Positions 19,101 through 27,736 of a DNA stretch of 64,000 nt are shown in pieces. The DNA lies in sequence record OZ335964.1. One strand, 5' to 3'. Every line of letters begins with the position of its first letter. Within the stretch, counting starts at the first letter, position 1. The position numbers were made by a program, and so were the translations under genes. Source of the DNA: a phage. The notes below the pieces were generated by a model. It was not told where the DNA came from, did not search any database, and worked only from the letters and a program-made list of their open reading frames with translations.

Positions 19101-19357
19101 CACAGTTTCCTCAACCAGTTATTAAAGCGAGCAAACCATGATGCTTTTCGTGCTTCTTTTACTTTATGTGCACGAAAACCACTGAAACACCATTCATAAT
19201 CATCACCGAAACATGATTCAACAGGAACACCCGCATTTCGTAGTTCTCTGGTCTTTATCATAAATCCTTGACATAAGGGGCGACCTTCAACAATGATAGG
19301 AAGTTTAACTTTTTCCATGAAAGTATACCCAGCACGGTCAATAATTTCAATTTTCAT
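19100..19357 (-). CDS. hypothetical protein
   Basis: 85 aa ATG-initiated ORF. Confidence 0.5.
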   Translation of the reverse strand: MKIEIIDRAGYTFMEKVKLPIIVEGRPLCQGFMIKTRELRNAGVPVESCFGDDYEWCFSGFRAHKVKEARKASWFARFNNWLRKL

Positions 19358-19602
19358 TTTACATTGTCTCCATAGATCTTTCCATCAATATCAATTTCAC
19401 CAGCACGAACATCTAGGATAAGATGCGGTAGGTGTATGCAGTTTTCCCACCCTACGCGCTTCATTTCTTCTACGGTAACGTAAGCCCATCCGTTCGCTGT
19501 AATAAAGTCTACTTCAACCTTGAGAGGAAAGCAAGACTTTTTTATGTCTTCAAATCCGACAATGTGTTTTGTCGTTGAATATGGAATATATCCGGTGATC
19601 AT
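19354..19602 (-). CDS. hypothetical protein
   Basis: 82 aa; GGAGATCACAAA leader. Confidence 0.5.
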   Translation of the reverse strand: MITGYIPYSTTKHIVGFEDIKKSCFPLKVEVDFITANGWAYVTVEEMKRVGWENCIHLPHLILDVRAGEIDIDGKIYGDNVK

Positions 19603-20033
19603 TTTGTGATCTCCTTATACTCAACACACCATAAGCGGGTAGCCCATGATAAACGCTCATAACGCTGGCAGAAATCGGACCATAGATATTGTGTACCGTC
19701 TTGCATAGTTGAAATATGCGTTTTCTCTCCTACTTTCACGAATGAAGTATTCGATTTTGTGATCTCGACCGGAGTATATCCGAAAGCTGGTTCCAAGTCA
19801 ACATCTGAACTAAATGCTAATTTAACAGAATTTGTTTTTCTGACCGCTGTCCGGTTTCCTTCTGGGTACAGCACAGCAGGTTTAGCGCCTAAGCGGATAA
19901 ACTCAGTGTTTTTAATAAACAGAATATCATGATAACCGTCATATTCCGACACTTCCATAGTAACAGGAAAATCGACATGTTCTAAACCCGGTAGATCTCG
20001 CATATCATGAAATGTAGCCATCAACTTTTTCAT
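19599..20033 (-). CDS. hypothetical protein
   Basis: ORF track 19599..20060; ATG at 20033 with GAGGAA RBS, no overlap with upstream gene. Confidence 0.5.
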   Translation of the reverse strand: MKKLMATFHDMRDLPGLEHVDFPVTMEVSEYDGYHDILFIKNTEFIRLGAKPAVLYPEGNRTAVRKTNSVKLAFSSDVDLEPAFGYTPVEITKSNTSFVKVGEKTHISTMQDGTQYLWSDFCQRYERLSWATRLWCVEYKEITK

Positions 20034-20043
20034 TCTATATTCC

Positions 20044-20241
20044 TCACTCTTCTGTTTCATTTCTTTTATATGGTACTATAACAGGATTAATACAGCAAGC
20101 ACCAATTACGTTATGAGCACCACAATTTAAACATTTATAGTCATGGAACTTATTAAGGAATCGACCAAACTCATAACCGACTAGCGCCGCATGTACTTGA
20201 GTCTCGATCTCATCCATATCAGCCAATGTTTTAGCCTTCAT
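20044..20241 (-). CDS. small Cys-containing hypothetical protein
   Basis: ORF track 20044..20280; ATG at 20241 with GAGGATTATACT leader; CLNCGAHNVIGACC. Confidence 0.45.
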   Translation of the reverse strand: MKAKTLADMDEIETQVHAALVGYEFGRFLNKFHDYKCLNCGAHNVIGACCINPVIVPYKRNETEE

Positions 20242-20251
20242 AGTATAATCC

Positions 20252-20542
20252 TCAAACGGTAGTTTTGCGAAGATGGTCATTACATGCTTTTAATGCATCA
20301 GTCGCGGTGTCATAGCGAGTATTATCATAGCACCAGTAACCATCGGTCAACTGATAAATCAATCCATCCCTTTTAGCTTCGATGAAAGATAACTCTTTGA
20401 AAGTTTCTACTTTCTTTGCTGATACTCCACGGTCACGGCGCTTATAGAGTTTAGCTAAAATGCGTTCAGCTTGTTCCTCTTTATCACCAGACAGATCCCA
20501 AATAATGTTGCGGATATGTTTGATTAATTGTTCAGTGGTCAT
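20252..20542 (-). CDS. hypothetical protein
   Basis: 96 aa; AAGGAGAATCAAAG leader; promoter-stem-loop upstream. Confidence 0.5.
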   Translation of the reverse strand: MTTEQLIKHIRNIIWDLSGDKEEQAERILAKLYKRRDRGVSAKKVETFKELSFIEAKRDGLIYQLTDGYWCYDNTRYDTATDALKACNDHLRKTTV

Positions 20543-20571
20543 CTTTGATTCTCCTTAGTTGGTATGTGTGC

Positions 20572-20599
20572 ATTATAGCACTATGACTTTCATTGTCAA
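20572..20599 (-). promoter_or_regulatory. sigma70-like early promoter (TTGACA-N16-TATAAT)
   Basis: minus strand; preceded by intrinsic terminator and A-tract. Confidence 0.55.
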
Positions 20600-20602
20600 C
20601 AA

Positions 20603-20638
20603 CTAAAAACAAAAAAGGCTACCCCTAAGGATAGCCCA
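20603..20638 (-). terminator. intrinsic terminator after gp38-like gene
   Basis: GGCUAUCC..GGGUAGCC hairpin + U6 on minus strand. Confidence 0.65.
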
Positions 20639-20643
20639 TAAAA

Positions 20644-21444
20644 TTACACGCGAGCACCGTAGATCGTGCCTACTTTATCCCAGCGAGGGGCATTGCCAGT
20701 AACAGCCTTACCAGCTGCACCAGCACCACTGGCATTATAGTTTGATGTACGAACGGCAGCACCACCAGCCGCACCAACGTTACCACCAGCACCACTCATG
20801 TTATTACCATCAACGGTTACTTTACCACCTGCGGCGGTTAACGATGCATTACCACCATTACCACGACCACCACGACCACCTGTACCGAAAGGACGACCAC
20901 CACCGCCGCCTGCAACGCCAGCTAATGTGAAGTTATAGTCTATGGACCATCCGCCGCCGCCACCGCCACCGCCAGCAATTGCACCATTATTCGTAATACG
21001 TAAGCGTGTACCGATGCCATTATTGATCGCTGTACCCCCGGCGGTCGCACGAACTAAAGCATCTCCAGATCCACCACTAGACCCAGATCCGTTACCGCCA
21101 CGACCATATACAGTGACGCCGGAATTAATGATAAGAGTTACATATTCATTAGTTAATGAGCTAGGGAAATCCAGACACGGAACACCAGCAGAATTAGAAA
21201 CAAGATCCCCGGTAATAGTAACTACTACCGGAGTAGACCCCTGTGATTTTAGATAGTTAATCAGAGTATCTTTATTGTAGTTGTGGTTTGCACCAATGCT
21301 ATAATGAATCTCTTTAGAGCGTCCGACCATCGCCGACATATACGCCGGACGACCTAAGCGAACAGCTTGCATTGCGGCGCTCATCCACCGTTGACCAGTC
21401 TCAGCAACAGCCGATGATCCTACCCAACCTGCTTTAATTGCCAT
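20644..21444 (-). CDS. 38: gp38-like receptor-recognising adhesin with glycine-rich motifs (T2-type)
   Basis: 266 aa; N-terminus MAIKAGWVGSSAVAETGQRWMS resembles remembered T2-type gp38; C-terminal half has poly-Gly tracts (GGGGGGGG, GGGGGRPFGTGGRGG); GAGGAAACC RBS. Confidence 0.65.
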   Translation of the reverse strand: MAIKAGWVGSSAVAETGQRWMSAAMQAVRLGRPAYMSAMVGRSKEIHYSIGANHNYNKDTLINYLKSQGSTPVVVTITGDLVSNSAGVPCLDFPSSLTNEYVTLIINSGVTVYGRGGNGSGSSGGSGDALVRATAGGTAINNGIGTRLRITNNGAIAGGGGGGGGWSIDYNFTLAGVAGGGGGRPFGTGGRGGRGNGGNASLTAAGGKVTVDGNNMSGAGGNVGAAGGAAVRTSNYNASGAGAAGKAVTGNAPRWDKVGTIYGARV

Positions 21445-21457
21445 AAGGTTTCCTCAC

Positions 21458-21480
21458 AAGAAAAGCCCCATTTAAGGGGC
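21458..21480 (-). terminator. intrinsic terminator
   Basis: GCCCCUUAAAUGGGGC hairpin + U-run on minus strand, 14 nt before gp38-like RBS. Confidence 0.6.
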
Positions 21481-21498
21481 ATTGATTGATAATATTAC

Positions 21499-21720
21499 TT
21501 AGATGATCTCTGCTTCACCATTCAGGAAGAAAGACCATGTTTTGTTAGGATAGCGAAGCGCCCATGATTCAGCAGTTTTAACACCAGCTTCGAACAATTG
21601 ACGGCTGGTCACTTTAGCCATACCATCTTCGATGGCAACGTTTTCAATAATCATCGGGTACTTAGCTCCACGCATGAAACCGAAGCCAGCGGAAGATTTG
21701 ATAATTTTAACAGTTGCCAT
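21499..21720 (-). CDS. hypothetical protein
   Basis: 73 aa; promoter-stem-loop upstream, terminator downstream. Confidence 0.5.
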   Translation of the reverse strand: MATVKIIKSSAGFGFMRGAKYPMIIENVAIEDGMAKVTSRQLFEAGVKTAESWALRYPNKTWSFFLNGEAEII

Positions 21721-21761
21721 TTTTGATTCTCCTAGAAAGTGTATCTCGTTTCGATGGGTGT

Positions 21762-21790
21762 ATTATGCAATAACACCGGATCGCTGTCAA
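21762..21790 (-). promoter_or_regulatory. sigma70-like early promoter with stem-loop (TTGACA-N17-CATAAT)
   Basis: minus strand; conserved leader CATCGAAACGAGATACAC. Confidence 0.5.
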
Positions 21791-21808
21791 CACTTTCTAA
21801 GAAAAATT

Positions 21809-22093
21809 TTAAATTAATCGAATATAGCCCAGAATTTCAGCACTTTTAGCCAGTCCTAAAACTTCCCATTCAAGGTCGCCGTAGTCATAATTTGCAACCA
21901 TCAGTTCACCATTTTTCATGCAGCAATCATGAGAGAAAATTTGCCCCGCATAAACTACGATAGTGATAAACTTTCCTGATTCTGGCGGTGTGGAAGACAA
22001 AGCGACCATATGACCATTCAGCTTAGTCACCAGTGATGGAACAATAAAATTCGGGCTTACCTGAATACCGTTAAATTCGTTTGTGTCTTTCAT
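21809..22093 (-). CDS. hypothetical protein
   Basis: 94 aa ATG-initiated ORF. Confidence 0.5.
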   Translation of the reverse strand: MKDTNEFNGIQVSPNFIVPSLVTKLNGHMVALSSTPPESGKFITIVVYAGQIFSHDCCMKNGELMVANYDYGDLEWEVLGLAKSAEILGYIRLI

Positions 22094-22440
22094 GCCAGAC
22101 CTCGCAAAACACTAATAGCATAATCATGCTGGTTATTCATAATATCAATTGCATTGTGATAACGAGCTAAACCATCAAGAATAAATTCTTGTTTATCCTG
22201 TTTTAGCTTAGTATCACGCGCAGCCATAAGAGCATCAAGAACAGGTCCAAAGTGATTATCTAATTCATCTTCGGTTGCAATGTTTCCTATTGCCTCGTCG
22301 ATCCGTGATTCTAATTCTTGCTTTTCGTTGATCACTTGCTGGGTATATTCCAACACATCAAGAATATCGCGGGTAACGTCGCCATGATAAGGTATTCCCG
22401 CATGAAGGTGATCAATTAGTCGTTGAATGTCAATGTTCAT
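22090..22440 (-). CDS. hypothetical protein
   Basis: 116 aa; ATGA overlap with neighbour. Confidence 0.5.
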   Translation of the reverse strand: MNIDIQRLIDHLHAGIPYHGDVTRDILDVLEYTQQVINEKQELESRIDEAIGNIATEDELDNHFGPVLDALMAARDTKLKQDKQEFILDGLARYHNAIDIMNNQHDYAISVLRGLA

Positions 22441-22775
22441 TCGTAACCCTCCTCTGAAAGCACATCCCAGATCGTTGCGTCAAGGTGCATTAAATTCCAC
22501 ATAATAGAGTCATAACTACCGAAGCCAGAAGTAAAAATTACATCACACTGGCGATAGGTCTTATGAAAATCGGTGGCTGTCTCTGCATCAATCGGCATAT
22601 CGTCACCGGAAAGCACCAGACATTTAAGAATCATAACTCTGTTAGCCGTTGGCGCTTGCTTAGTCTTTTCAGCATATTTTTCGATGATCCGTTTTGCCTT
22701 TTCTTCTTTGATACGTCCAGAATAGACACGGTTTCGGTATTGATTCATAATAACTTCAATTACATCATTTTGCAT
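22437..22775 (-). CDS. hypothetical protein
   Basis: 112 aa; GGAGA RBS. Confidence 0.5.
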   Translation of the reverse strand: MQNDVIEVIMNQYRNRVYSGRIKEEKAKRIIEKYAEKTKQAPTANRVMILKCLVLSGDDMPIDAETATDFHKTYRQCDVIFTSGFGSYDSIMWNLMHLDATIWDVLSEEGYE

Positions 22776-22974
22776 TCTTCACGGTCTCCATAATTGTTTT
22801 GTAAGCCAGTTTAAGATGATCACCGAAAAACTTTGCAGTGTTACCCTTCGGATCGCGAAGCATGGTTTCTACGATCTCATCGGCAGTAACAATTTCACCT
22901 TTCTTTGCTGCGTGTTCTACCATATACTTCAAAGTTTCTTCGGAAGCAAGTGCTGCGGCTACTGGATTAATCAT
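22765..22974 (-). CDS. hypothetical protein
   Basis: 69 aa; GGAGAACCAAA leader; promoter-stem-loop upstream. Confidence 0.5.
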   Translation of the reverse strand: MINPVAAALASEETLKYMVEHAAKKGEIVTADEIVETMLRDPKGNTAKFFGDHLKLAYKTIMETVKNAK

Positions 22975-23003
22975 TTTGGTTCTCCTTTGTTGTCGATGTG
23001 TGC

Positions 23004-23032
23004 ATTATGCTATACCCTATTCTTGTTGTCAA
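23004..23032 (-). promoter_or_regulatory. sigma70-like early promoter (TTGACA-N17-CATAAT)
   Basis: minus strand; directly after terminator of the 712 aa gene. Confidence 0.5.
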
Positions 23033-23035
23033 CAC

Positions 23036-23069
23036 CTAAAAACGAAAAAAGCCACCCTTTCGGATGGCT
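23036..23069 (-). terminator. intrinsic terminator after 712 aa gene
   Basis: GCCAUCC-GAAA-GGGUGGC hairpin + U6 on minus strand. Confidence 0.65.
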
Positions 23070-23078
23070 TTTGATTAA

Positions 23079-25217
23079 TTAAGGATTTCGGCCAGGGTAA
23101 TGCTTAAATCGACCGTAACCAGTTTCAATGCTCATATCTCGTTGACGCACAATCGCCCAATAACCGTTGCAGGAATCTTGAAGATATAGATCCTTACCTT
23201 TTAGGAACTCATTAAAAATAGTGATCTGCCAATCATAATAGACCGCATCAGCAAGACTACCCATCCAACCGTGCGGATCTTCCATCAGTTCGACAAGTTC
23301 ATCAATTACCCAATATGGACAAGGGCTAAATTTACCCTTACTAAAATCGCTGAACATAGTAACGATCTTGACTTCCGGTCGAGGCTGATCGGGAATATCT
23401 GGACGTTTGTTAACTACGACTTGCACATATTTTGTGTAGCCTACAATTTCACCTTCATCTAAGTTAGTGTTATTGTTTTTGTCGGCAAATGCAACAAATT
23501 TGTAAACACCAGAATCATTTAATGTTGCATTAGCTTTACGATATACCGGAACACTGGAATCTGCAATAGGTAATTTAATACCACTTTTACTAAATTCATA
23601 GGTCGGCACATAGTTAGATGGCGGTTTAATCATGGTTGCTTCCAGCACCAACGGATCACCCTCAGTAATTTGCACCGGATGCGGACCGTCAAATTCCATA
23701 TTAGGAATTACTTCAACTTTATAGGTTGCACGTCCTGCAATATCATATCCGGTATGCGCACTATGAGGATCTCGGCTAGGACTATCGCGATATTCATGCG
23801 ACCAGATACCATTATGTTCTTTATCCGCCGCATCAGTGATCTTATATTCTTTCGTTTCAATCGGCAATTCTGTTACAAGAACATCGTTTTTCAAAATTGC
23901 TAACGAACGAGTTTGAGTCGGATCATTACTTGCTGGAGGTTCTGGATCAACAATTTTAATAACAATAGGTTCCCCAACCTCAATACCGCTATAATCATGC
24001 TCGACGTCATAGATATCTAACATACGGCGATCATAAAATAACGGGCGAGAAGTTGGAGTTCTCTGCGGATCATCATCACGCGCAGGAGCTACCAACAATT
24101 GCAGGGCTACACTATTATCATATTGCAATTTCTCAAGACTAATACGGTCATAACCAGGATCACCATATTTCTTGCTTTGTAATTGCGTACCACCTAACAT
24201 CCACGTAAAGTAGACATTATTTGTTAATAAACCATAATGTCGGTTCCATGAATTATCAACAGGGGAAACTGGCATATCAATACTAACAGAAGACCCAGAA
24301 GGATAACGAAATTCAATAGCAGAAAAATCTCGGCTAAAAAATTCGTTTTCCTTGACGTTAACGCGGAATCGATGGCGCTGACCTTCCAGATACGATTCAC
24401 TACTACCAGGACCATTTTCAACCTTATAGGAACGAATACAAGCGACATAATCACCTGCATCTGCTTCGGTAGCATGTTTCGTCACATATAAAGTTTTATT
24501 CTTTGATTCATAAACCAAAGTACCATCGCCACGTTCCAGACGATAACGAACTATGGTATGTTCAGCGTCATTTGGGGCATCGTCTTCTACAGTATAATAG
24601 GCAGGTGCATATTTTTGTACATTGAATACAGCTAAATTTTCTCGAATTGTTGCTGTAAACGGATATACAAATTTAACATCACCTGTTTCGTCGCTTAATT
24701 CCATTCGATAAAGACCGGAAAATTCAGGCCATGCGAATTTTGCAATTTTAAATTCACGATGGTCCAATCCCAAATCACCATCTACGGAATCAACTAGACC
24801 ATTATTATAATACAAGTCAACAGAGATATTAGCAGGAATATTACTACGAAAAACAATTTTCGCTTTAAGTTCATCACCAATATTAAATGATGTCGGAGGA
24901 TATACATGTTCAACATATGGATTATCAAATAACTTAAATGTAAAGTTTTCCGTGCCAATATCGATAGAATCACCACTAAATGATGTGTCGCCTAGCGCAT
25001 AACCTCGAACGTTTACAGACCATCCGGTAACATCGTCTTCTTTAACGGAATCCAATGTAAATGTCGGAGAGGCACTTGTTGCTATAATCTGGTCATTTTT
25101 CTTCCAGACATAACCTTTTTTCGGTTTTGTTGAATCAGGGCTTTCATCAACAATACAGCAGCTAAAATCGTGCGGCATCCAAATCATATTATTGACCGTG
25201 GTGTTTACTACTGCCAT
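23079..25217 (-). CDS. large protein with Ig-like domain signatures (possible virion decoration or adhesin)
   Basis: 712 aa; DxGxYxC-type Ig motifs (EADAGDYVACI, LNDSGVYKFVAF); strong AGGAGGATTC RBS; own terminator. Confidence 0.55.
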   Translation of the reverse strand: MAVVNTTVNNMIWMPHDFSCCIVDESPDSTKPKKGYVWKKNDQIIATSASPTFTLDSVKEDDVTGWSVNVRGYALGDTSFSGDSIDIGTENFTFKLFDNPYVEHVYPPTSFNIGDELKAKIVFRSNIPANISVDLYYNNGLVDSVDGDLGLDHREFKIAKFAWPEFSGLYRMELSDETGDVKFVYPFTATIRENLAVFNVQKYAPAYYTVEDDAPNDAEHTIVRYRLERGDGTLVYESKNKTLYVTKHATEADAGDYVACIRSYKVENGPGSSESYLEGQRHRFRVNVKENEFFSRDFSAIEFRYPSGSSVSIDMPVSPVDNSWNRHYGLLTNNVYFTWMLGGTQLQSKKYGDPGYDRISLEKLQYDNSVALQLLVAPARDDDPQRTPTSRPLFYDRRMLDIYDVEHDYSGIEVGEPIVIKIVDPEPPASNDPTQTRSLAILKNDVLVTELPIETKEYKITDAADKEHNGIWSHEYRDSPSRDPHSAHTGYDIAGRATYKVEVIPNMEFDGPHPVQITEGDPLVLEATMIKPPSNYVPTYEFSKSGIKLPIADSSVPVYRKANATLNDSGVYKFVAFADKNNNTNLDEGEIVGYTKYVQVVVNKRPDIPDQPRPEVKIVTMFSDFSKGKFSPCPYWVIDELVELMEDPHGWMGSLADAVYYDWQITIFNEFLKGKDLYLQDSCNGYWAIVRQRDMSIETGYGRFKHYPGRNP

Positions 25218-25238
25218 GAATCCTCCTTATAACTGACA

Positions 25239-25637
25239 TTAAGCCAGTCGAGTGAGTTTATAAATTGTTTTAAAGCATAAAACTTTAATATCGTCTAAAA
25301 CGCTCTGCAAAGAGCTATCAACATCATTATAAATCTCACTAGCCATTTGCGTTAATTCCTGCAAATAGGCAATTTCGTTAATCTCCTTACGGACGACCAA
25401 CGTTGGTTGATACCGACCAGTGATCCCAATATTGGTTTCTGTGAAATTATCAACCAATTCTTGCATTTCAAGATAGAACTCTTCTAGAGCCTTATGTTTT
25501 GAATAAGACCCAGGTCCAGTTACCCCAAAATGCGCAGAATGCATATAAGTAACGCTCATTAGGCATTCACCAATAAAGCGGTCTACTTTATTAGCTTTTC
25601 CTCCCTCGGAAGTCTGCCTAAATTCACTGAATTTCAT
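25239..25637 (-). CDS. ferritin/Dps-like protein (putative)
   Basis: 133 aa; HSAHFGVTGPGSYSKHKALEEFY resembles the Dps HxxHW.V.GP.F..LH..FEE.Y helix motif; GGAGAA RBS. Confidence 0.4.
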   Translation of the reverse strand: MKFSEFRQTSEGGKANKVDRFIGECLMSVTYMHSAHFGVTGPGSYSKHKALEEFYLEMQELVDNFTETNIGITGRYQPTLVVRKEINEIAYLQELTQMASEIYNDVDSSLQSVLDDIKVLCFKTIYKLTRLA

Positions 25638-25923
25638 TATATCGATTCTCCATTTTATTAAGCACAATAAATTGATTTGCGGCATACTCTCCCATCATGA
25701 AACAATGTTTAGCATCCATACATTTACTACGTGCGTATGTTTTCATTATGTGGTCATGAAATTTTTGACTTGTCTCCACCGATGGTTGTATTTTGTTTAT
25801 ATACACGATCATAGCACCGTCGAAGTAATCAGTAAAGTCACCAACAGGACACTGATCGGCACTTACGCTACCAACTGCCATAACGCATATACCCGCAACG
25901 AGTGTTTTACGAATAAATGACAT
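25624..25923 (-). CDS. secreted small protein, RI-like (candidate lysis-inhibition antiholin)
   Basis: 99 aa; N-terminal signal-anchor; size, Cys pair and position next to tk as T4 rI; MKTYARSKC...C resembles T4 RI MRTTYKNDPC...C. Confidence 0.45.
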   Translation of the reverse strand: MSFIRKTLVAGICVMAVGSVSADQCPVGDFTDYFDGAMIVYINKIQPSVETSQKFHDHIMKTYARSKCMDAKHCFMMGEYAANQFIVLNKMENRYNEIQ

Positions 25924-25984
25924 AAGTCATTCCCCCAGATTAAAAATTTCAAGTATATTTATAATCTGGGGATATATTTACGCC

Positions 25985-26581
25985 TTAGTGGGTAGATCCA
26001 TCAATAAAATGTTTACGACAAACAGAAATATATTTATCTTCCGCACCAATTTCGATTTGAGCACCATCGCGAATAACATTACCATCTTTATCTACGCGAA
26101 GGACCATAGTTGCTTTCTTTCCACAATGACAAATACCCTTCATTTCGACCAGTTTATCAGCAAATGCCATCAATGCCGCAGATCCTTCAAATAGATTGCC
26201 CTGAAAGTCGGTGCGAAGGCCATAGCACAGTACAGGGATATTTGCATCATCAACAAGCGCACACAAGCCTAAAACATGCTCTTTAGTCATAAATTGGGCT
26301 TCATCTACAAATACAGCATCAGGACGCCATCGATCCGATCTACGCTTACCTAGTGATTCACGATAAACTAAGTCGAAAAGATCATCCGATTTAGTGAACG
26401 TAATAGCCGGAGCACTTAGACCAATTCGGGAAACAACTTCACTATCTGAATCACGATTATCAATCGCTGGTTTAAGAATTAATACTCGCATATCACGTTC
26501 GGTATAGTTATAAGCACTTTGTAACAGGGAAGTTGATTTGCCAGCGTTCATAGATGCATAGTAGAAATATAGTTGCGCCAT
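25985..26581 (-). CDS. tk: thymidine kinase
   Basis: 198 aa; MNAGKST P-loop, CHCGKKAT zinc site. Confidence 0.9.
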   Translation of the reverse strand: MAQLYFYYASMNAGKSTSLLQSAYNYTERDMRVLILKPAIDNRDSDSEVVSRIGLSAPAITFTKSDDLFDLVYRESLGKRRSDRWRPDAVFVDEAQFMTKEHVLGLCALVDDANIPVLCYGLRTDFQGNLFEGSAALMAFADKLVEMKGICHCGKKATMVLRVDKDGNVIRDGAQIEIGAEDKYISVCRKHFIDGSTH

Positions 26582-26874
26582 TAATTAATCTCCAAAAATC
26601 CAGCAAGACCTAAACCAACATAAACCCAGATGCAAAGGAAAAAGAAGCAAACACCCATAGCAAAGATAAATCCGCGTAGTGTCTTTGGATAACCTACCCA
26701 ATATTCCCGACCATCTTCTAACCGGATCAGTTTATTGCCTTGAGAGTCCATGTCAATCACAACATGCTTATTTCGAGATTGCAATAGATATTGTTTTACA
26801 ATCTCTACACCCGCCATAATAACAATAACGAAATTAAAAGTCCACATAACAAGGTTAATGATAGTCTCAAGCAT
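26581..26874 (-). CDS. small membrane protein
   Basis: 97 aa with two hydrophobic helices. Confidence 0.5.
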   Translation of the reverse strand: MLETIINLVMWTFNFVIVIMAGVEIVKQYLLQSRNKHVVIDMDSQGNKLIRLEDGREYWVGYPKTLRGFIFAMGVCFFFLCIWVYVGLGLAGFLEIN

Positions 26875-27085
26875 TTTCTATCACCTCCACCCAATCAGGC
26901 GTTTCCTGAAATACTCCTTCGCCTTCGTGGTGGATGCATCCTTTATTGCTACAATACATCCACCAATCCCACATTCCCCACGGTAAACGCTGCATATCGT
27001 CGTTACAGCAAGTGAAGATGATAGGCCAACCACATCTAACACATCGGCAGTTTTCTTTCATGTGAGCGGTATTAGGCTTCTTCAT
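26867..27085 (-). CDS. Cys/Trp-rich small protein (putative zinc binding)
   Basis: ATG at 27085 with GGAG RBS; CRCVRCGW...CC...C. Confidence 0.45.
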   Translation of the reverse strand: MKKPNTAHMKENCRCVRCGWPIIFTCCNDDMQRLPWGMWDWWMYCSNKGCIHHEGEGVFQETPDWVEVIENA

Positions 27086-27276
27086 AGATGACTCCAATAT
27101 AATCGACATTTACATTTAGGGCAATGCGGTTCTTTAATATAATACCCGTCTGTCTTTGGAACACTAACAGGAGCGGTTTTTATATTGTATTCAGTGAAAC
27201 AACGAAAACAAGTTACGTTTTCTACAGACTGACGTTTCACCCAATCACCGGAATAGAGATCATTTTTATTTGTCAT
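27082..27276 (-). CDS. Cys-rich small protein (zinc-ribbon-like)
   Basis: ATG at 27276; CFRCF...HCPKCKC. Confidence 0.45.
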   Translation of the reverse strand: MTNKNDLYSGDWVKRQSVENVTCFRCFTEYNIKTAPVSVPKTDGYYIKEPHCPKCKCRLYWSHL

Positions 27277-27721
27277 ATTCAACCACCACAATGTTAATGT
27301 CTGGAGTAGCAATATTAATGATCTCTTCTACACATTCCCACTCAAGGCCACCGATACCGCAACCGATTTTAGGAATATAGAAAGGCTGTATAGCACCTTC
27401 AAAAACATCATTGATAGTCTCAAATCCTTTCAGGATAGCACCATATTCAGCATTTGGACCCGGTCGGAATTGGGTATAGAGATTCACCCCGCACCAGTTA
27501 TAACCATTAACTTGATGCGTCCAGACACTAAACCCACCCAGCTTTTCTACCTTACCGCGAGAAGTTTGCTTGTCAATTTCTAACGCTTGCGGGAACTCTT
27601 TCGCGATATCCGCAGCAATACCAGCGCCCATAGTATGAAAACAATTACAACCATGAATTAAATGACCGTTTCCTTGTTTAAACAGGGCGATGAGATCGCC
27701 CTTTACAGTATCAATAATCAT
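27266..27721 (-). CDS. macro-domain-like protein (putative ADP-ribose binding/processing)
   Basis: 151 aa; HGCNCFHTMGAGIAADI resembles the macro-domain N..N...G.G(V/I) loop. Confidence 0.55.
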   Translation of the reverse strand: MIIDTVKGDLIALFKQGNGHLIHGCNCFHTMGAGIAADIAKEFPQALEIDKQTSRGKVEKLGGFSVWTHQVNGYNWCGVNLYTQFRPGPNAEYGAILKGFETINDVFEGAIQPFYIPKIGCGIGGLEWECVEEIINIATPDINIVVVEYDK

Positions 27722-27736
27722 AATATAAACCTCTCA

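Noticed and set aside
18533-19103. Two ORFs overlapping by about 100 nt in different frames as a programmed frameshift
   Set aside because: No slippery heptamer seen at the overlap; more simply explained by an internal start for the downstream ORF, so it is reported with an uncertain start instead.
20742-21256. Plus-strand ORFs encoding His/Tyr-rich (20742..20930) and Pro-rich (20942..21256) peptides
   Set aside because: They are antisense to the glycine-rich region of the gp38-like gene (GGN codons read as CCN and others on the opposite strand); low-complexity artefacts with no RBS.
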